This document shows, piece after piece, positions 1 to 13,439 of a stretch of DNA of 64,000 bases. The stretch covers positions 164,610,001-164,674,000 of the forward strand of contig NC_083243.1 of assembly GCF_032191835.1 (NCBI RefSeq), given 5' to 3'. Made by a program: the position numbers and the translations under genes. Position 1 is the stretch's first letter. Each line of letters starts with the position of its first letter. The notes below the pieces were generated by a model. It worked only from the letters and a program-made list of their open reading frames with translations. It made no database searches and was not told where the DNA came from. Source of the DNA: Heteronotia binoei (Eukaryota).

Positions 1-145
1 CCCTGCAAGTGTCCTCCAGCTCCTATATGAATGGGAAATGAGAGCTTGAGTATCCATATTTCCTTACAGTCGCTAGTTCCATCCATATGAGTTGTGAACC
101 AAGAACTTTACTTATGCATGGTGGCCACTTTTCTCTTGTTTTCAG

Positions 146-560
146 GCCCTGCCCTCACTGCAAAATGAAAAATAAAAATACTGGCCTGCCTTATAAGGCT
201 ATTATAATAATTACTGGACTGATGTATGCAAAGCACATTGAAAACTTGAAATGTGCTATATAAATGCTAATAGTGTTTTTCTTACATGAATCCTAAATTA
301 TCTTTGAACATCTCTTATGCTATTTATGTTAATTTCTGATCCTGTTCATGAGGAAAGGAAACCTTTATTATTCATGGTATAAAGCTGACTGAAACCAACG
401 CTGTTTTAAGCCTGTGTGTTAAAATGCTCTGTGACTGCATTTGCCAATGCAGTTTGTAAAACGGTCACTTATAAACAACAAATATGGCCTATGTATTTGT
501 GTACATGTAATGTCATTTTTAAGAACTGTTGCTTGAGTACTACATGTGTCCTGTTTGTTC
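146..560 (+). other. Possible terminal exon plus 3' UTR of an unidentified upstream gene
   Basis: Strong acceptor ttttctcttgttttcag|G at 145/146. Short readings ALPSLQNEK* (phase 0) or xPALTAK* (phase 2), then AT-rich repeat-free sequence. No protein recognised. Confidence 0.3.
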
Positions 561-968
561 ATTTAGTGTGTGGGACACGAATGTCTCTACAGTTCTGTGG
601 GATCATTTACATCAGATCAAAACACCAGGGGTCCAAGGAATGGCACAGCAGATTTTTTTTTGGGCGGGTCTGTGATATATTCATCCAGATGTCCATATCC
701 AATCTCTATAAGTCCACACGTTGCAGCAGGAGTTTCTGCCTATGCTAGCCCCTTGCTTAGGCACATGGGCATTCAATCAGGATGATTGCGCAGCTAGTGA
801 GGCTGCTCCTGGAAAATTCCCTGAGGGAAAAAAATCACCTCTTGTTTTAGAAGGTCAGTTCTTGCATTTGGGAATACTAAGATGGGTTGAACCAAAAGCA
901 GATGTGACTACAAGAATTATTTTTTTCTTAAAAATGAAAAACCTATTTAAAAACAACAATAGTCGATG

Positions 969-1835
969 CAGGCCCATAGCTGGGAAATTTTAAGCGGGGG
1001 CACTGGGAAAGTGGGTGGTGGGCCAAAATGACATCACAATTTTTTTTTAAAAAAAAAATTAAAACTAAAATCTTGCGTGGGAAAGAGATCCTAGTATGCA
1101 TGCCAAGAGTGGCTTGCAGGCTTCTCCCTCCCCCATGCCTCATACTTGCCAGCTGGCAGTGGGGCTTTGGGCAGCACCCCTGGGTTTGCTGATGCTGTGA
1201 AGGGGGGGGGGGTGTCTCTCCATGTGTGTGAGTGTAAACTCATCTGTACATGCCAAGAAAGCAAAGGCAACGTGTTGCCAGTGGCTGGGCGGGAAGGAGG
1301 GGTGGCAACTTTGTCAAGTGGCTCCCACCAGCCCCACAGGTTTACCAGCTTCACGCTGAAGTCAGTGCCAAGAGTGTGAAGGAAGGAGGGGAGGAAAAGA
1401 AAGTGCCTCAGACATGTGGCCCTGATCCCTGCCCTTCTCCCTCGGTCCAAAGTATAAAGGAAGGGGGGGCACCACCAGACCTCCAGCACAGCCTCCCACA
1501 CTGGCAGAACATGCGTCTCAGAGGGCAGGATGTCACGCACTCTGTGCAATGCACCACCAGCACCACCCCCCACCAAGCAAAAAGAAGCCAGCTGAGGAAG
1601 CACTGCAAGCAGGCCCACTGAATCCCCTCCACTTGGCCTGACCCAACAGATCAGAATTGGGGAAGGGAGGGAAAGGGCGTGCAGCTCAGAGCAAGCCTCT
1701 TCCAATTATGTCCCCACTGTCAATGCTGGCTGTCAGAGTGGCTGCCAAGCCCCACACTTGCCTCTTTCTTTCCGAGGTTGGGAGTTTAAGTGGTAGGGCC
1801 AGGACCCTGGGGGCCCCATCATGGTTACAGGCCTG
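969..1835. mobile_element. Non-autonomous hAT element
   Basis: Ends caggccc.../...caggcctg. 8-bp TSD agtcgatg (961-968) / agtagatg (1836-1843), 7/8 identical. Confidence 0.7.
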
Positions 1836-4800
1836 AGTAGATGTCTCAAGAAGTAAAAAAAAAAATGATTATGAGGTTAGAATGCTGTAGAGTAGACAGA
1901 AGGCATGTTTCCTTCATCAGTGGTGCTGCAATAGGAAAAGCTACACTTGGTAAAATAATCTATTCCCTCATGCATTATGGTAATCTCTTAAAAGCAGTGT
2001 CCCATTCTTCCCACTTCCCAATGCTCAGTCTTTTCTCTCCCCGTGCCCCCCAGCAAGCAGGAGTCTTGTTTAGTCATAGGGTTCTGTGTTGGGAAATTCC
2101 TGGAGAATGGGGGGAGGGGCAATGTCTGGGGAGGGCAGGGCTTGGGGAGGGCCTTCAGCAGGATATAATCCCATAGAGTCCAAAACAGCCATTTTCTCGG
2201 AACTGATCTTGGTTGTTTGGAGAGCAATTGTAATAGTGGAAGACCTTCAGGTTGGCAACTCTACAGCTGAAACAAGGTGGGAGGAGAGGCCATATGGGTG
2301 CAGTCAGACAGGCAGGTTGCCGTGGCAGCATCTTGGCTTTAAATAAGCCACTTGAGTTGGAGGCGGTTTCTGTAGATCAGATAGCACCCCCTAAACTGGT
2401 ATCATAGTGCTGCGGTCCTGTGGCTGATCATTCACATCACTAATGTGCCACAACCATGGACCCACATCTGGGTTGGGATTTCCCTTGCAAGTCCTGCTGT
2501 GTGTGTGCAGAAGCAGAGATATGCATGTATGCTCCTGACCATGTTTTGTGGGGACATTGAAGTTGGAGTGGGGTTGGGGGGGGGGGAAGGATGCACTGGG
2601 AATGGAATGGAATGATCACACCACTCGTGCATTTTCATGGAGGCCTGGTTAATCAGAAGCCCAGAAACCCGCCATGGAAACCCTTTGCTGAGATAGCCAC
2701 TGGAATTTGCCAGTGGCTATTTAACCCGTGTAGGAGTCATTTTAGTGTGAGTTAGGGACGAGTGGGGTTCAGGAGCCAGGTGCGTGCATTTGATTGCACC
2801 CATTTGATCCGGTGGGGAGAGGTGACTGTGTTGGGCCAAATTGCTCATGTAATCACATCCATATGATTGGAACACTGTTGTGAGGCTGCCAGAAAGACCG
2901 TGTGTGTGTGTCAAGTTCAACCTGGTTAGCCTATCCCCTAATCTGATAGCAGATTATCAGTTCATGGTTATCCTTGAACAGCTTCTCATACAGAACAAGG
3001 ACTAGTTCCATAAACGATCCCTGAACAACTCCTCATACACAGCAAGGACTGATTCAATAAACTATGGGGAGAAAATCAAGCTTGGGGGGGGGGGGTTGTC
3101 TAGAAAAATTGTAATAGCATAAGCAAGAAAATATAATAGTACTGTAGTGATTCATGGTTCAGAATTTTTTTGCATACATTATCTCTCAAATTCCTGTCTT
3201 ACTTATGATTACCTCACCTCAGAAGTCTCACCAGAAAGTGAAAAGGGAGAGGGGAGGATTAAACTTCAGATATTGCTGGGGACACATTATTTCAGAGCTA
3301 AGTATGCCACAACTAAAATGTTACTTTATAAAGTGGTTCCTGAAGCCCTCTGGGGCCCTCATTATAATGAGTTCCTGACCTCACATTCTGCCCATCCACT
3401 CAAACAGCCATTGTGCGAATCTTCCAGCATTTGAGGTCAGAATACAAGCAGTTTTGATGACAAATCAATACATTTCCCCCCCAATAATGTTTCAGACGAT
3501 TGAAGGACGATATAATCTGTGCATAATCACAGGTTATGAAAACACATTCAGAGGGACCAGAGGCTACTGTGCCAGAGCTAGAAGGAAATACATGTGTCAC
3601 AAGGGACACGCATAAATGGAGGCAACTGAGAGCACTAGAACTGTCACCGCATGTGGTTGAAAGGCCAATTAGAGGCAGGGTTTTTTTCCCTTTACAACTT
3701 AAATTTGCAATGGATTTATAGAGCTCATAAAAGTGATGTTTTGTCTGCCCTGGCAAGATGCATGTGGAGAAGAATGCAAATTATTCAGTAAAGGCTGGGG
3801 GAGCTTTCTTTGCCATGCAAGACAATCCCACCTATATCACAGTCTTCTATTCCACTGCATTCCACTTCTGATAATGCACTTCAGGATATATTTGCATGGC
3901 AGAGTTTCATGAGCTAATTATATTTATCTCTTGATCATTTGTATAGGTGAAACTGCTGTCACAAAGCACTCTGACACTATTTCACATAAACGTTTAACAC
4001 AGAGAGATCAGCTGCTAGGAGATAAGGCAAAGGTGCTTATTATTGTTTGAGTCTCCGTGAGAAAGGTAAGACTATACATGAAGTAAACAAATAAAATAAG
4101 TATTGAAAAATATTTACTACCCAAATGTATCATAAATTCTGGGAATGGTAGTTCTCTGACAAACTTTGGATAGCCATCCGATAATTCTCAATACTTGTAA
4201 CAATGCTACAGTTGACTTTGGGAAAGCTATGACAATTAGTCTACCAGAATGAAAATTCCAGGTTCTGTTCTGGAAGTTTGTCACCCTTGATTTTAGGATT
4301 CCTGTCTGAATAATGCTCAATCTATGGAAGTCTGGTGGGCTAGGATATCCGGAGGCTTTCCTACCACAGTAGTCCTCATTGTATGTGAATTGGGGGGAAT
4401 ACAGACTTAGATTTCCTTCACCAAAAGTATACAGATGACTGGCTTACCAAATGTTTGTATGCCAGCCTCTTCACAAATGTTTCATGCATTCATTCAAAAA
4501 CTGTGAGGGAGCCCATCCTAAGATAATGTTAGAGTACTTCAGGCACTTGAAATTCACAAACGCATAGCTGAATTCCAGTTATACTAGAATTTGGCTCAGA
4601 GTAACCATGTTACAGAGTAACATGTTACAGAATAAGAGAAACCATGTTACAGAATTTGGCAAAGTCCTTGTTTGCATTTTTCCTCCTGCGTGTTTTGTAT
4701 CTTTATCCAATAGGACAAGGTTTATGGGTTTAAGTCAACTGTCCTATTTTAGAACATTTTATTCAGGCTCTTTCTTCCAAGGAGTAATATTTTTCAGTGA

Positions 4801-6743
4801 TCAAAGAGTGACGGCTGAATTATATTCAAAATAGAGGATAACACCAGGGACAGGAGGCCTGGGGATTATACGGGGCTTGTAAATTGTGAACATAAAAATT
4901 AGATTTGACAAAAAGGATGCCTTGATTGCATGATAGCTGACTGGTCACCTTATCTCTGTAGGTTGCAGACTGTGATTAAGCAAATAGAAGCTCTAGGTCC
5001 TGGCCTGGCCCCCCTTTTTGGCTGCTCCTTTTGTCAGTTATGTAAGAAGTTATTCTTGAATTATACATTTGTAAGAGGATAAGCTCTCTGCCATTCTCAT
5101 TGCAAACCATTTCTCAGCATTCCCTCTAAAAACAGAACTTCCATTTAGCTCTTATGGCGAAGCCATTGATAGACGAATTCCCCATTAATTTATCTAATCC
5201 TGTTAAAAGTCTAATGGTCATTGCCGCACCATACAATCATGATCATAAATACAACAGTGAACATATGTCTATGTTATATGAGGATATCTTCATATACCAC
5301 ATCTGATTTTACAAGACAGGAATTATCTAGGAAATTGAGATTTCTACGTAGCTACGCCATTCATGACTTAGCTGCGATTTTAACCCAGGTTCAGATCCAC
5401 ACTACCAAACACATACACTCTAAACAAGATTACTCAAAAAAAATGTACATTGATAGTGGAATGAGACTCTCATCGTGCCTATCACTTCTTTTTATGTAGA
5501 TACCCACAATGGCAGATCTCAGTGCTACAGATCCCAACATACCAGATAGTTTGTACTTGGAAGATGGTCAAGAGTCACATGTAATTCAGTCCTGTGCTGG
5601 TTTTAGCAGCAGTAAAGTCCACTGAGTTTAGTGTGCCTTATTCCCAAGTAAACAAGTGTTGCATTGCAGCCCTAGTCCCATTTCACAAAATATTCTCAAG
5701 CGGCTATGCGTTCCCCAGTGAAGCACAAATTTATTACTGAACTTCACTTCAGAACTAGAGGGAGGGAATGCTGGAGCAAGAGCCCGGCACTCTAGCATTT
5801 ATGTACAATATCCCAACACTGGATAATTAATTATGACAGATTGAGAAAAAGCAAGAACTCAGAGGGAAAGAGATGAAACGTACAGAGCTTGGCAACCTTG
5901 ACCGCTTGTTCCCCTGCAGCATCCTCTTGGTGATGATGGAGGCAATTTCTCACGTGCCTGAGCCCAGGGCTGTCAAGGTCCAGAGGCTGCCAACCTGGGC
6001 AGATATTTCCGTCTTCAAGCAGTTGGGACAATTAAACTTGCTCTGTTTAGTAACTCTTGGTGCTACTACAAACTAGATTAGGCTGGGCTGGGAGCTGAAA
6101 ACTAGCCCCACCCACTGAGGTTGCCTAACCAGTTGATGTTCTTTTGTTGTCAATTAAAAAAAAAAAATTAAATAGCCCCAAAGACAAGTTTGTACTTTGT
6201 GGGGCTGTTGTGGTGGAATTCATTTTGCAGATCAGCAACAACAGCTGGCTGCTGGGTGAGAAAGTGCGGTCTATAGTCTGAGCTGCTGGCGGCCAACTGA
6301 GCCATAGTGAGGCTGCAGGGTGGAAGAGCCTGAATGGGCCCTCTGAACACCTTGGCCCAGCCTCTCCTTTCAGAGCTACCTTAAGATAGAGCTCAGGTTT
6401 CAGCCGTTGCTTAGCAGGGCAGGGATTAGTTTTAGATAAATAAATATTGCACTGGATTAAAAAGGATGTGCATCAGAGCCGCACCATCAGAACTAAGTCT
6501 TTTTCTTCACTCACTACATTGTCTTGCTGGGTGGGGTGACTACCTGGCCTGACCTTCTGTCCACCCATAGACCTTTTGTCTTTGTTCTCTTTGTCTCATT
6601 GTGTTTCTATTCATGTCTTGTTTCTTTTTATCCCTGTTCTACAGGGACACCATTTCATTTGGCACAGAGATTTTGGTGGTGGGGGTAGGGAGAGAAGATT
6701 AAAGAAAAACAATTCTATGATGCATTGAAGATGAAATTGCAAA

Positions 6744-6760
6744 GAGAGAGAGAGAGAGGA
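6744..6760. repeat. (GA)n microsatellite
   Basis: gagagagagagagagga. Confidence 0.85.
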
Positions 6761-7781
6761 ATTTTAAGAACACTGATTTTGTTTACTTTTGGTACTATAT
6801 ACCAAGGAAATAGATGCTCATGAGGAATGTTCACATTAAGGAGGCTGTGGGGCAATTTTTTTTTTAATCTTTTAACTAGTTCTTTTAACTAGTACACTTG
6901 TCTGTCCCTAGAGCCTCAAAATGGGGAACATTTGCTAAGCCTAAGGTTCAGTCTGTCTGTGCATCACACGACTGACTGGGATTTGGCATTTAACAATGGC
7001 CATGTCTCCTGTGCCCATGTTACAGAGGGCTGGGCATTTGCTGAAGATGAATTGGCAGGCATAAGTGACAAGAAGTGGAACAAGAATTACTGCTTGGCTC
7101 CTAAGGGAGTAGATGGCATGAAAAGAAATAGCTGAGATATCTGCTGAATAGTATCCTGAAAGATCACCTGTGCAAAGTTGAAATCCTGTATTTCAGAGCA
7201 GTGAACTACAAATCAGTGTTTAAACACATGGAAGAATGAAGTTGGCAGCATTGTGGTTTTCTCTGATGCATTCTATTAACCCTAAATTGCATTTAACAAG
7301 TAATTTTTGTTTACAACTAGTGGTACACACTGATCAAAGCCAGTCATTTCCTTCCTACTTCACTTCTTTTCCTGTGGGCTAGAATTACATCTTCCACAGG
7401 ATCTGAGGACTGAACTATCTGAGGATGTGCTATATGTACGTCTTATCAACGCATAGCAACTGCTTTGCAACCTATATCACCCCTACTACAAGTTATGAGG
7501 TGTCCCGGTAACTTGAGCTTACCCAGGTTGGCCCTCTTTGGAGGAGAGAACAGTGGAGACTTGCAACATTATTGTACTATCTGAATTATTTATAAATATA
7601 CCAGAAGAGCACACTTGGGAACCAAGATGTATTTCCAGAGGGCAGCAGATCTGGTACTCCACATCAGATGAGAGAGAGATTTCACTCTAAATGTGCTTCA
7701 GCCAAGTCACAGCAGTGTCTAGTATCCTGTGCTTCTTTCTGTGTCTTCTCCAGAATCAAAGCATCTGCTTCTTCACACAGA

Positions 7782-8067
7782 GGGCGTTTTCGCACTGACC
7801 TTAATCAGCAGCGACGCCCCTCTTCACCGCGCAGGATTGGCGCGGATTTCGCACTAATTGCCGCGGAGCACCCGGAAGAGCCGGAAAGTCCCGCGGCTTT
7901 TGCGGTGCAAACGGAAACTGCCAAAAACCAGTTTCCATTTGCGCCGCAAAAGCCGCGGGACTTTCCGGCTCTTCCGGGTGCTCCGCAGCAATTAGTGCAA
8001 AATCCGCGCCGATCCTGCGCGGTGAAGAGGGGCGTCGCTGCTGATTAAGGTCAGTGCGAAAATGCCC
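7782..8067. mobile_element. Fully palindromic MITE, 286 bp, 3-bp TSD (PIF/Harbinger-like)
   Basis: Ends gggcgttttcgcactgacc / ggtcagtgcgaaaatgccc. The whole element is an inverted repeat around the loop ccaaaaac. TSD aga at 7779-7781 and 8068-8070. Confidence 0.85.
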
Positions 8068-8650
8068 AGAGACATACAATTCACTTCCTCCAAGCCTGGC
8101 TTGGTTCTTGGACAGAGTCATTTCCTAACAATTATTGTAATATCTACAATATGAAACATTACATTTTGTCATGAGCTCTGGGTTCCCCCAGGCATGCCAC
8201 TTCAGACCGAGCCCATAAGGATACATTAACTCACAATAACCTGTACTTCCAAGCTCTCACACTATCTCTTATGAGCAGTTCTTAAGCAGTTCATAAGGAT
8301 CATCTTCCCTTCAGTTCCTGGGGCCAGGATATACAGACGCAGCCATCAGATAGTAGGGACAGGAGGTTGGAATGAGGAATACATTAAATGAAAAAAGAGC
8401 AGCTGCTCATAATGTTGTAGAGAATCTTCAAGTCTCTTGCTTGGAACAGAGCAGGAGGAGGTGCAGTTGGGCTTGCCCAGGCATAAGCTGGTATTTCCCA
8501 AACAATGTCTCAGAGCAGCCACAAACTGAGACTGGTGTCTTAACATGCAATCCTTTCCCTTCCTCCTCCATGTTTTCATCTACTTCTTCACCTCAGGGAT
8601 CAACACAGAACTAGGCTGTGAATTGTTCATAGAATTATTGCCATTTACTA

Positions 8651-10537
8651 TGTACTAAGAACAGAGAAGCTTTCTTTTTTAGCCTTGCCTTCCACTTCCC
8701 GCCCAAGGCTTCACCAAGAATGTACTAAGAACAGAGAAGCTTTCTTTTTTAGCCTTGCCTTCCACTTCCCGCCCAAGGCTTCACCAAGAATGTACTAAGA
8801 ACAGAGAAGCTTTCTTTTTTAGCCTTGCCTTCCACTTCCCGCCCAAGGCTTCACCAAGAATGTACTAAGAACAGAGAAGCTTTCTTTTTTAGCCTTGCCT
8901 TCCACTTCCCGCCCAAGGCTTCACCAAGAATGTACTAAGAACAGAGAAGCTTTCTTTTTTAGCCTTGCCTTCCACTTCCCGCCCAAGGCTTCACCAAGAA
9001 TGTACTAAGAACAGAGAAGCTTTCTTTTTTAGCCTTGCCTTCCACTTCCCGCCCAAGGCTTCACCAAGAATGTACTAAGAACAGAGAAGCTTTCTTTTTT
9101 AGCCTTGCCTTCCACTTCCCGCCCAAGGCTTCACCAAGAATGTACTAAGAACAGAGAAGCTTTCTTTTTTAGCCTTGCCTTCCACTTCCCGCCCAAGGCT
9201 TCACCAAGAATGTACTAAGAACAGAGAAGCTTTCTTTTTTAGCCTTGCCTTCCACTTTCCGCCCAAGGCTTCACCAAGAATGTACTAAGAACAGAGAAGC
9301 TTTCTTTTTTAGCCTTGCCTTCCACTTTCCGCCCAAGGCTTCACCAAGAATGTACTAAGAACAGAGAAGCTTTCTTTTTTAGCCTTGCCTTCCACTTCCC
9401 GCCCAAGGCTTCACCAAGAATGTACTAAGAACAGAGAAGCTTTCTTTTTTAGCCTTGCCTTCCACTTCCCGCCCAAGGCTTCACCAAGAATGTACTAAGA
9501 ACAGAGAAGCTTTCTTTTTTAGCCTTGCCTTTCACTTTTCACCCAAGGCTTCACCAAGAATGTACTAAGAACAGAGAAGCTTTCTTTTTTAGCCTTGCCT
9601 TCCACTTTCCGCCCAAGGCTTCACCAAGAATGTACTAAGAACAGAGAAGCTTTCTTTTTTAGCCTTGCCTTCCACTTCCCGCCCAAGGCTTCACCAAGAA
9701 TGTACTAAGAACAGAGAAGCTTTCTTTTTTAGCCTTGCCTTCCACTTCCCGCTCAAGGCTTCACCAAGAATGTACTAAGAACAGAGAAGCTTTCTTTTTT
9801 AGCCTTGCCTTCCACTTTCCGCCCAAGGCTTCACCAAGAATGTACTAAGAACAGAGCTTTCTTTTTTAGCCTTGCCTTCCACTTCCCGCCCAAGGCTTCA
9901 CCAAGAATGTACTAAGAACAGAGAAGCTTTCTTTTTTAGCCTTGCCTTCCACTTCCCGCCCAAGGCTTCACCAAGAATGTACTAAGAACAGAGAAGCTTT
10001 CTTTTTTAGCCTTGCCTTCCACTTCCCGCTCAAGGCTTCACCAAGAATGTACTAAGAACAGAGAAGCTTTCTTTTTTAGCCTTGCCTTCCACTTCCCGCC
10101 CAAGGCTTCACCAAGAATGTACTAAGAATAGAGAAGCTTTCTTTTTTAGCCTTGCCTTCCACTTCCCGCCCAAGGCTTCACCAAGAATGTACTAAGAACA
10201 GAGAAGCTTTCTTTTTTAGCCTTGCCTTCCACTTTCCGCCCAAGGCTTCACCAAGAATGTACTAAGAACAGAGAAGCTTTCTTTTTTAGCCTTGCCTTCC
10301 ACTTCCCGCCCAAGGCTTCACCAAGAATGTACCAAGAACAGAGAAGCTTTCTTTTTTAGCCTTGCCTTCCACTTCCCGCCCAAGGCTTCACCAAGAATGT
10401 ACTAAGAACAGAGAAGCTTTCTTTTTTAGCCTTGCCTTCCACATCCCGCCCAAGGCTTCACCAAGAATGTACTAAGAACAGAGAAGCTTTCTTTTTTAGC
10501 CTTGCCTTCCACTTTCCGCCCAAGGCTTCACCAAGAA
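8651..10537. repeat. Minisatellite/VNTR, 27 copies of a 70-bp unit
   Basis: Unit tgtactaagaacagagaagctttcttttttagccttgccttccacttcccgcccaaggcttcaccaagaa. Copy 18 (9841) carries a 3-bp deletion. No unique spacers. Confidence 0.98.
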
Positions 10538-12449
10538 GCAGAACTCTGCATATGTGTGGTAGAGAAGAATGAAATAATTCAAGAATTAATGGCTTAGAGA
10601 GGAATGACTTCAACATTTGTGAAACTCAAGAGGAAGAGAGAATTCCAATAGAGTTGAACGGCTTAGGCTGCCCGTAAGGGAAGACCAATAAGGAATCAGA
10701 AGATAGTAGACTGAGACCCTGTGTTGACCAGCTGGATCCAAGTAGTTGGTCTCTTATAATTGTTAGCTCTCAAGTGAATGGCAGGGGTGATCTGAGAGGC
10801 TTTGGTTAATAGATGGGGCTGCTTGAGGGTGCGACTGATGAGTGGCGATAGCAATAGGGAATGCATACATGCAAGCTGGGCAGGTGCTTGGCTGCTGTTT
10901 GATCAGCATTGCCATTGCAACACTAGCTTCATTCCTGAGCAGGAATTAGAAACCACGTTTTCCTCCCACATAGTTAGCCAATATATCAAACTAATTCAAG
11001 TGCTGCTTGGTGCGAGTGTTCCTCTTGCATCTCTCTGATGTCACTTTTTTGTTCATTATAGAGATCATACAATTGTTCAGGAGCAGAAGGGATGACACAG
11101 CTTGTTAAATATGGAAATCTTGCGGCAGATGAGAGTATATTCAGATGCTTTGACAAGCAGGAGCCAACATTTGCCTAACCTCAGGAGCCACTGCATCTCA
11201 TTGCATGGGAAAAAACTTTGAAGCATTGTGCTTATTAAAACTTACATCAAACTAGTGAAGCAAGATTTTCCAAAGTGCTCCAGAACAAGTGCTGAGTTTC
11301 CAACAGCTCCCATAGTAATCCTTGCCGAATGTTTAACATCCAGTGTGCTATGCTCTTTTGAATCACCAGGTTCAGATTTATTCAGAGTGCTTGTCTCCAA
11401 TCCAATGTAAGGATTACAATCCAAGATTTCTTCTCTGGCTCAGATTATTCTCTTCCCTTAGACCTGCTCCACCTTCCATTCTCCCTGCTGCGGTCACAAG
11501 AGGCAGCTATTGACATGCTGGAAGGAAAGAGGTCTCTCTTTTCAATAGATATGCTGCTATCATCTGTGGGGGCACTTGCATATCATGGACAATACAGTCG
11601 GATGGCAAAGCATAGTTTAAGCAAAGTAAAAGGCTGCTGTGATGTGGAGATAGTGAACATATAACTTTAAATGCTGGGGGAAAGTGGAAATGCAGCAGTG
11701 TTGCATTTTAAATTCAAAATAACAGATGGTCTGAATATTTGCTATCACCTTGGCATGTGGTGACCACTTCTGACTATAAGGTGATCATGTAATGACAAAT
11801 TCTGATAGTTACAGAAGCAAAGTCCTATAGTATTGCTCACATGGAGCAAATGCTCATATAAGGTATATAACCTGACATCCAGAATTTGAAAGACTATTTC
11901 CTGTGCATTGCTGTTTGTTGCTAACTCTGCTAGTTCTCCTTGTAGTACTCAGTAGTGAACCTTTGAATGATGTTGCCATTAGTTTTATCTTGTTGGTGCA
12001 TACCAGTGCATCTATTAAATAACCAGTCAGGGCTGGATCTACATATTTTTGAGGGGGGGGGAAGAGTAAAAAATAGTGCCCCCTTATTTTTTTTCCTTTA
12101 TATATACATATAAACATTTATATGTTTTTAATATAGATATCTAATAACTCTTTTAAACAACAGAATGAATTGTGTTGACGTCTATAAATAGTTATCTTAT
12201 CCATCATTAGCCAAGTATTCCTTATAGAATTCTTTTTGATATAGGGAGCTAAGGAGAGTTTATAGTCAGGCATGCATATTAGATATTAGGAAGAGTCTTT
12301 AAGGAACTCAGAGACATTCCATGGCAAAAAATACTGGAAAGGAGAGGAGCAAGTTTACCCAAATGAAGAAAACAGATTCAAATTATTTATTCTAGAAAGG
12401 CAACATTTATTGGTCAGCCAAGGCAAGTTTCTGACATCCAAAATTGGAA

Positions 12450-12630
12450 TATACTGGAAACTAAGCAGGGCCAGCTCTGTTTAGTACTCAGATGGGAGAC
12501 CACCAAGGACATCCAGAGTTGCTCTGCAGGTGTGGGCAATGGCAAACCACCTCTGAATGTCTCCTGCCTTGTAAACCCAGAGGATCACTATAAATCAACT
12601 GGGAGTTGACTGTGCATTCCACCGCCACTG
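12450..12630 (+). mobile_element. 5S rRNA-derived SINE (5S-Sauria-like), degenerate
   Basis: gaaactaagcaggg...ttagtactcagatgggagacc resembles the 5S internal promoter (boxes A/C). Followed by ggcaatggcaaaccacc, which is shared with Sauria SINE. Confidence 0.7.
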
Positions 12631-13439
12631 ATCCCATATGATATGGGAGGGGGATTGAAAGTGGCTTGCCTTAGGGCTGCACAATCAGATATCATGAAAG
12701 CCAAGGAAATAACTGAGCCACAGATAGTCGACTAAAAACTGCTAAACAGCACCAGCCCTACAAAGTGTGAGACAGTCCTGATTCTGAGAGCCAGCTTTCT
12801 GAAAAGGAAGCAGATAAAAATGTAAACAGCAGTTTTTGCATCAGGCAGATGTACCCAACACAATATCCTTTGTTCAAAAGCTGTCCAAGAATACAATTGC
12901 CATGTCACATGCCTGCCAGTTATATAAACACATCAACATTCAAAGTAAATGCTGAATTTTTTTCCCTGCCCTCCACAAACCACCCATGAGCAAAATGACA
13001 CAAAAAAAGAGAAGGAAGGAAACTGACAAAAGTTTAAAATAATAGATACATTTGAGAATACCCTGGTGTTTTGAGAGGCTTGGCTGGAATTGACTTGGGA
13101 GAAGGGAGAAAGATAAAGCTTCATAACAATACTCTGTTCTGTTTGCTACATGGCTTTCCCAGTGGAAATGGAGACTTGAAGAAACTCCATACTGGGAACG
13201 TCAGAATTATTTTGCTTCCCTCACAGAGAATGTGTATGCGTGTGTGTGTGTGTATATATATGTATGTATTAAAGGGGGGGGGGGGAAAGGATCATTCAAG
13301 TTCAACATTTCAAGTAGAGATGGTGGGGAGAGGGGAAGGAGGGGACTGTTTACCCTAATAAGCGACCAAAGAAAGAAGTGACAGTGGTTTCTTACCATCC
13401 AAACATCCCTACAAACAAAAAGGCAAGTGGGGGGGGGGG

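Noticed and set aside
2693-2720. Perfect 11-bp hairpin atagccactgg-aatttg-ccagtggctat
   Set aside because: Too short and isolated for a miRNA precursor; can arise by chance or inside an old repeat.
7668-8121. Near-identical ORFs on both strands (also 34027-34336 and 34666-35002)
   Set aside because: Artefacts of translating palindromic MITEs.
8651-10537. CRISPR-like array or repetitive coding exon
   Set aside because: No unique spacers, the host is a eukaryote, and the 70-bp unit is not a multiple of 3 and gives no long ORF.
11242-11424. Minus-strand frame ending at a GTAAGT donor
   Set aside because: An in-frame TGA lies just upstream and there is no polypyrimidine acceptor.
12450-12510. 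5S rRNA gene
   Set aside because: Partial, diverged, and fused to a SINE 3' region.
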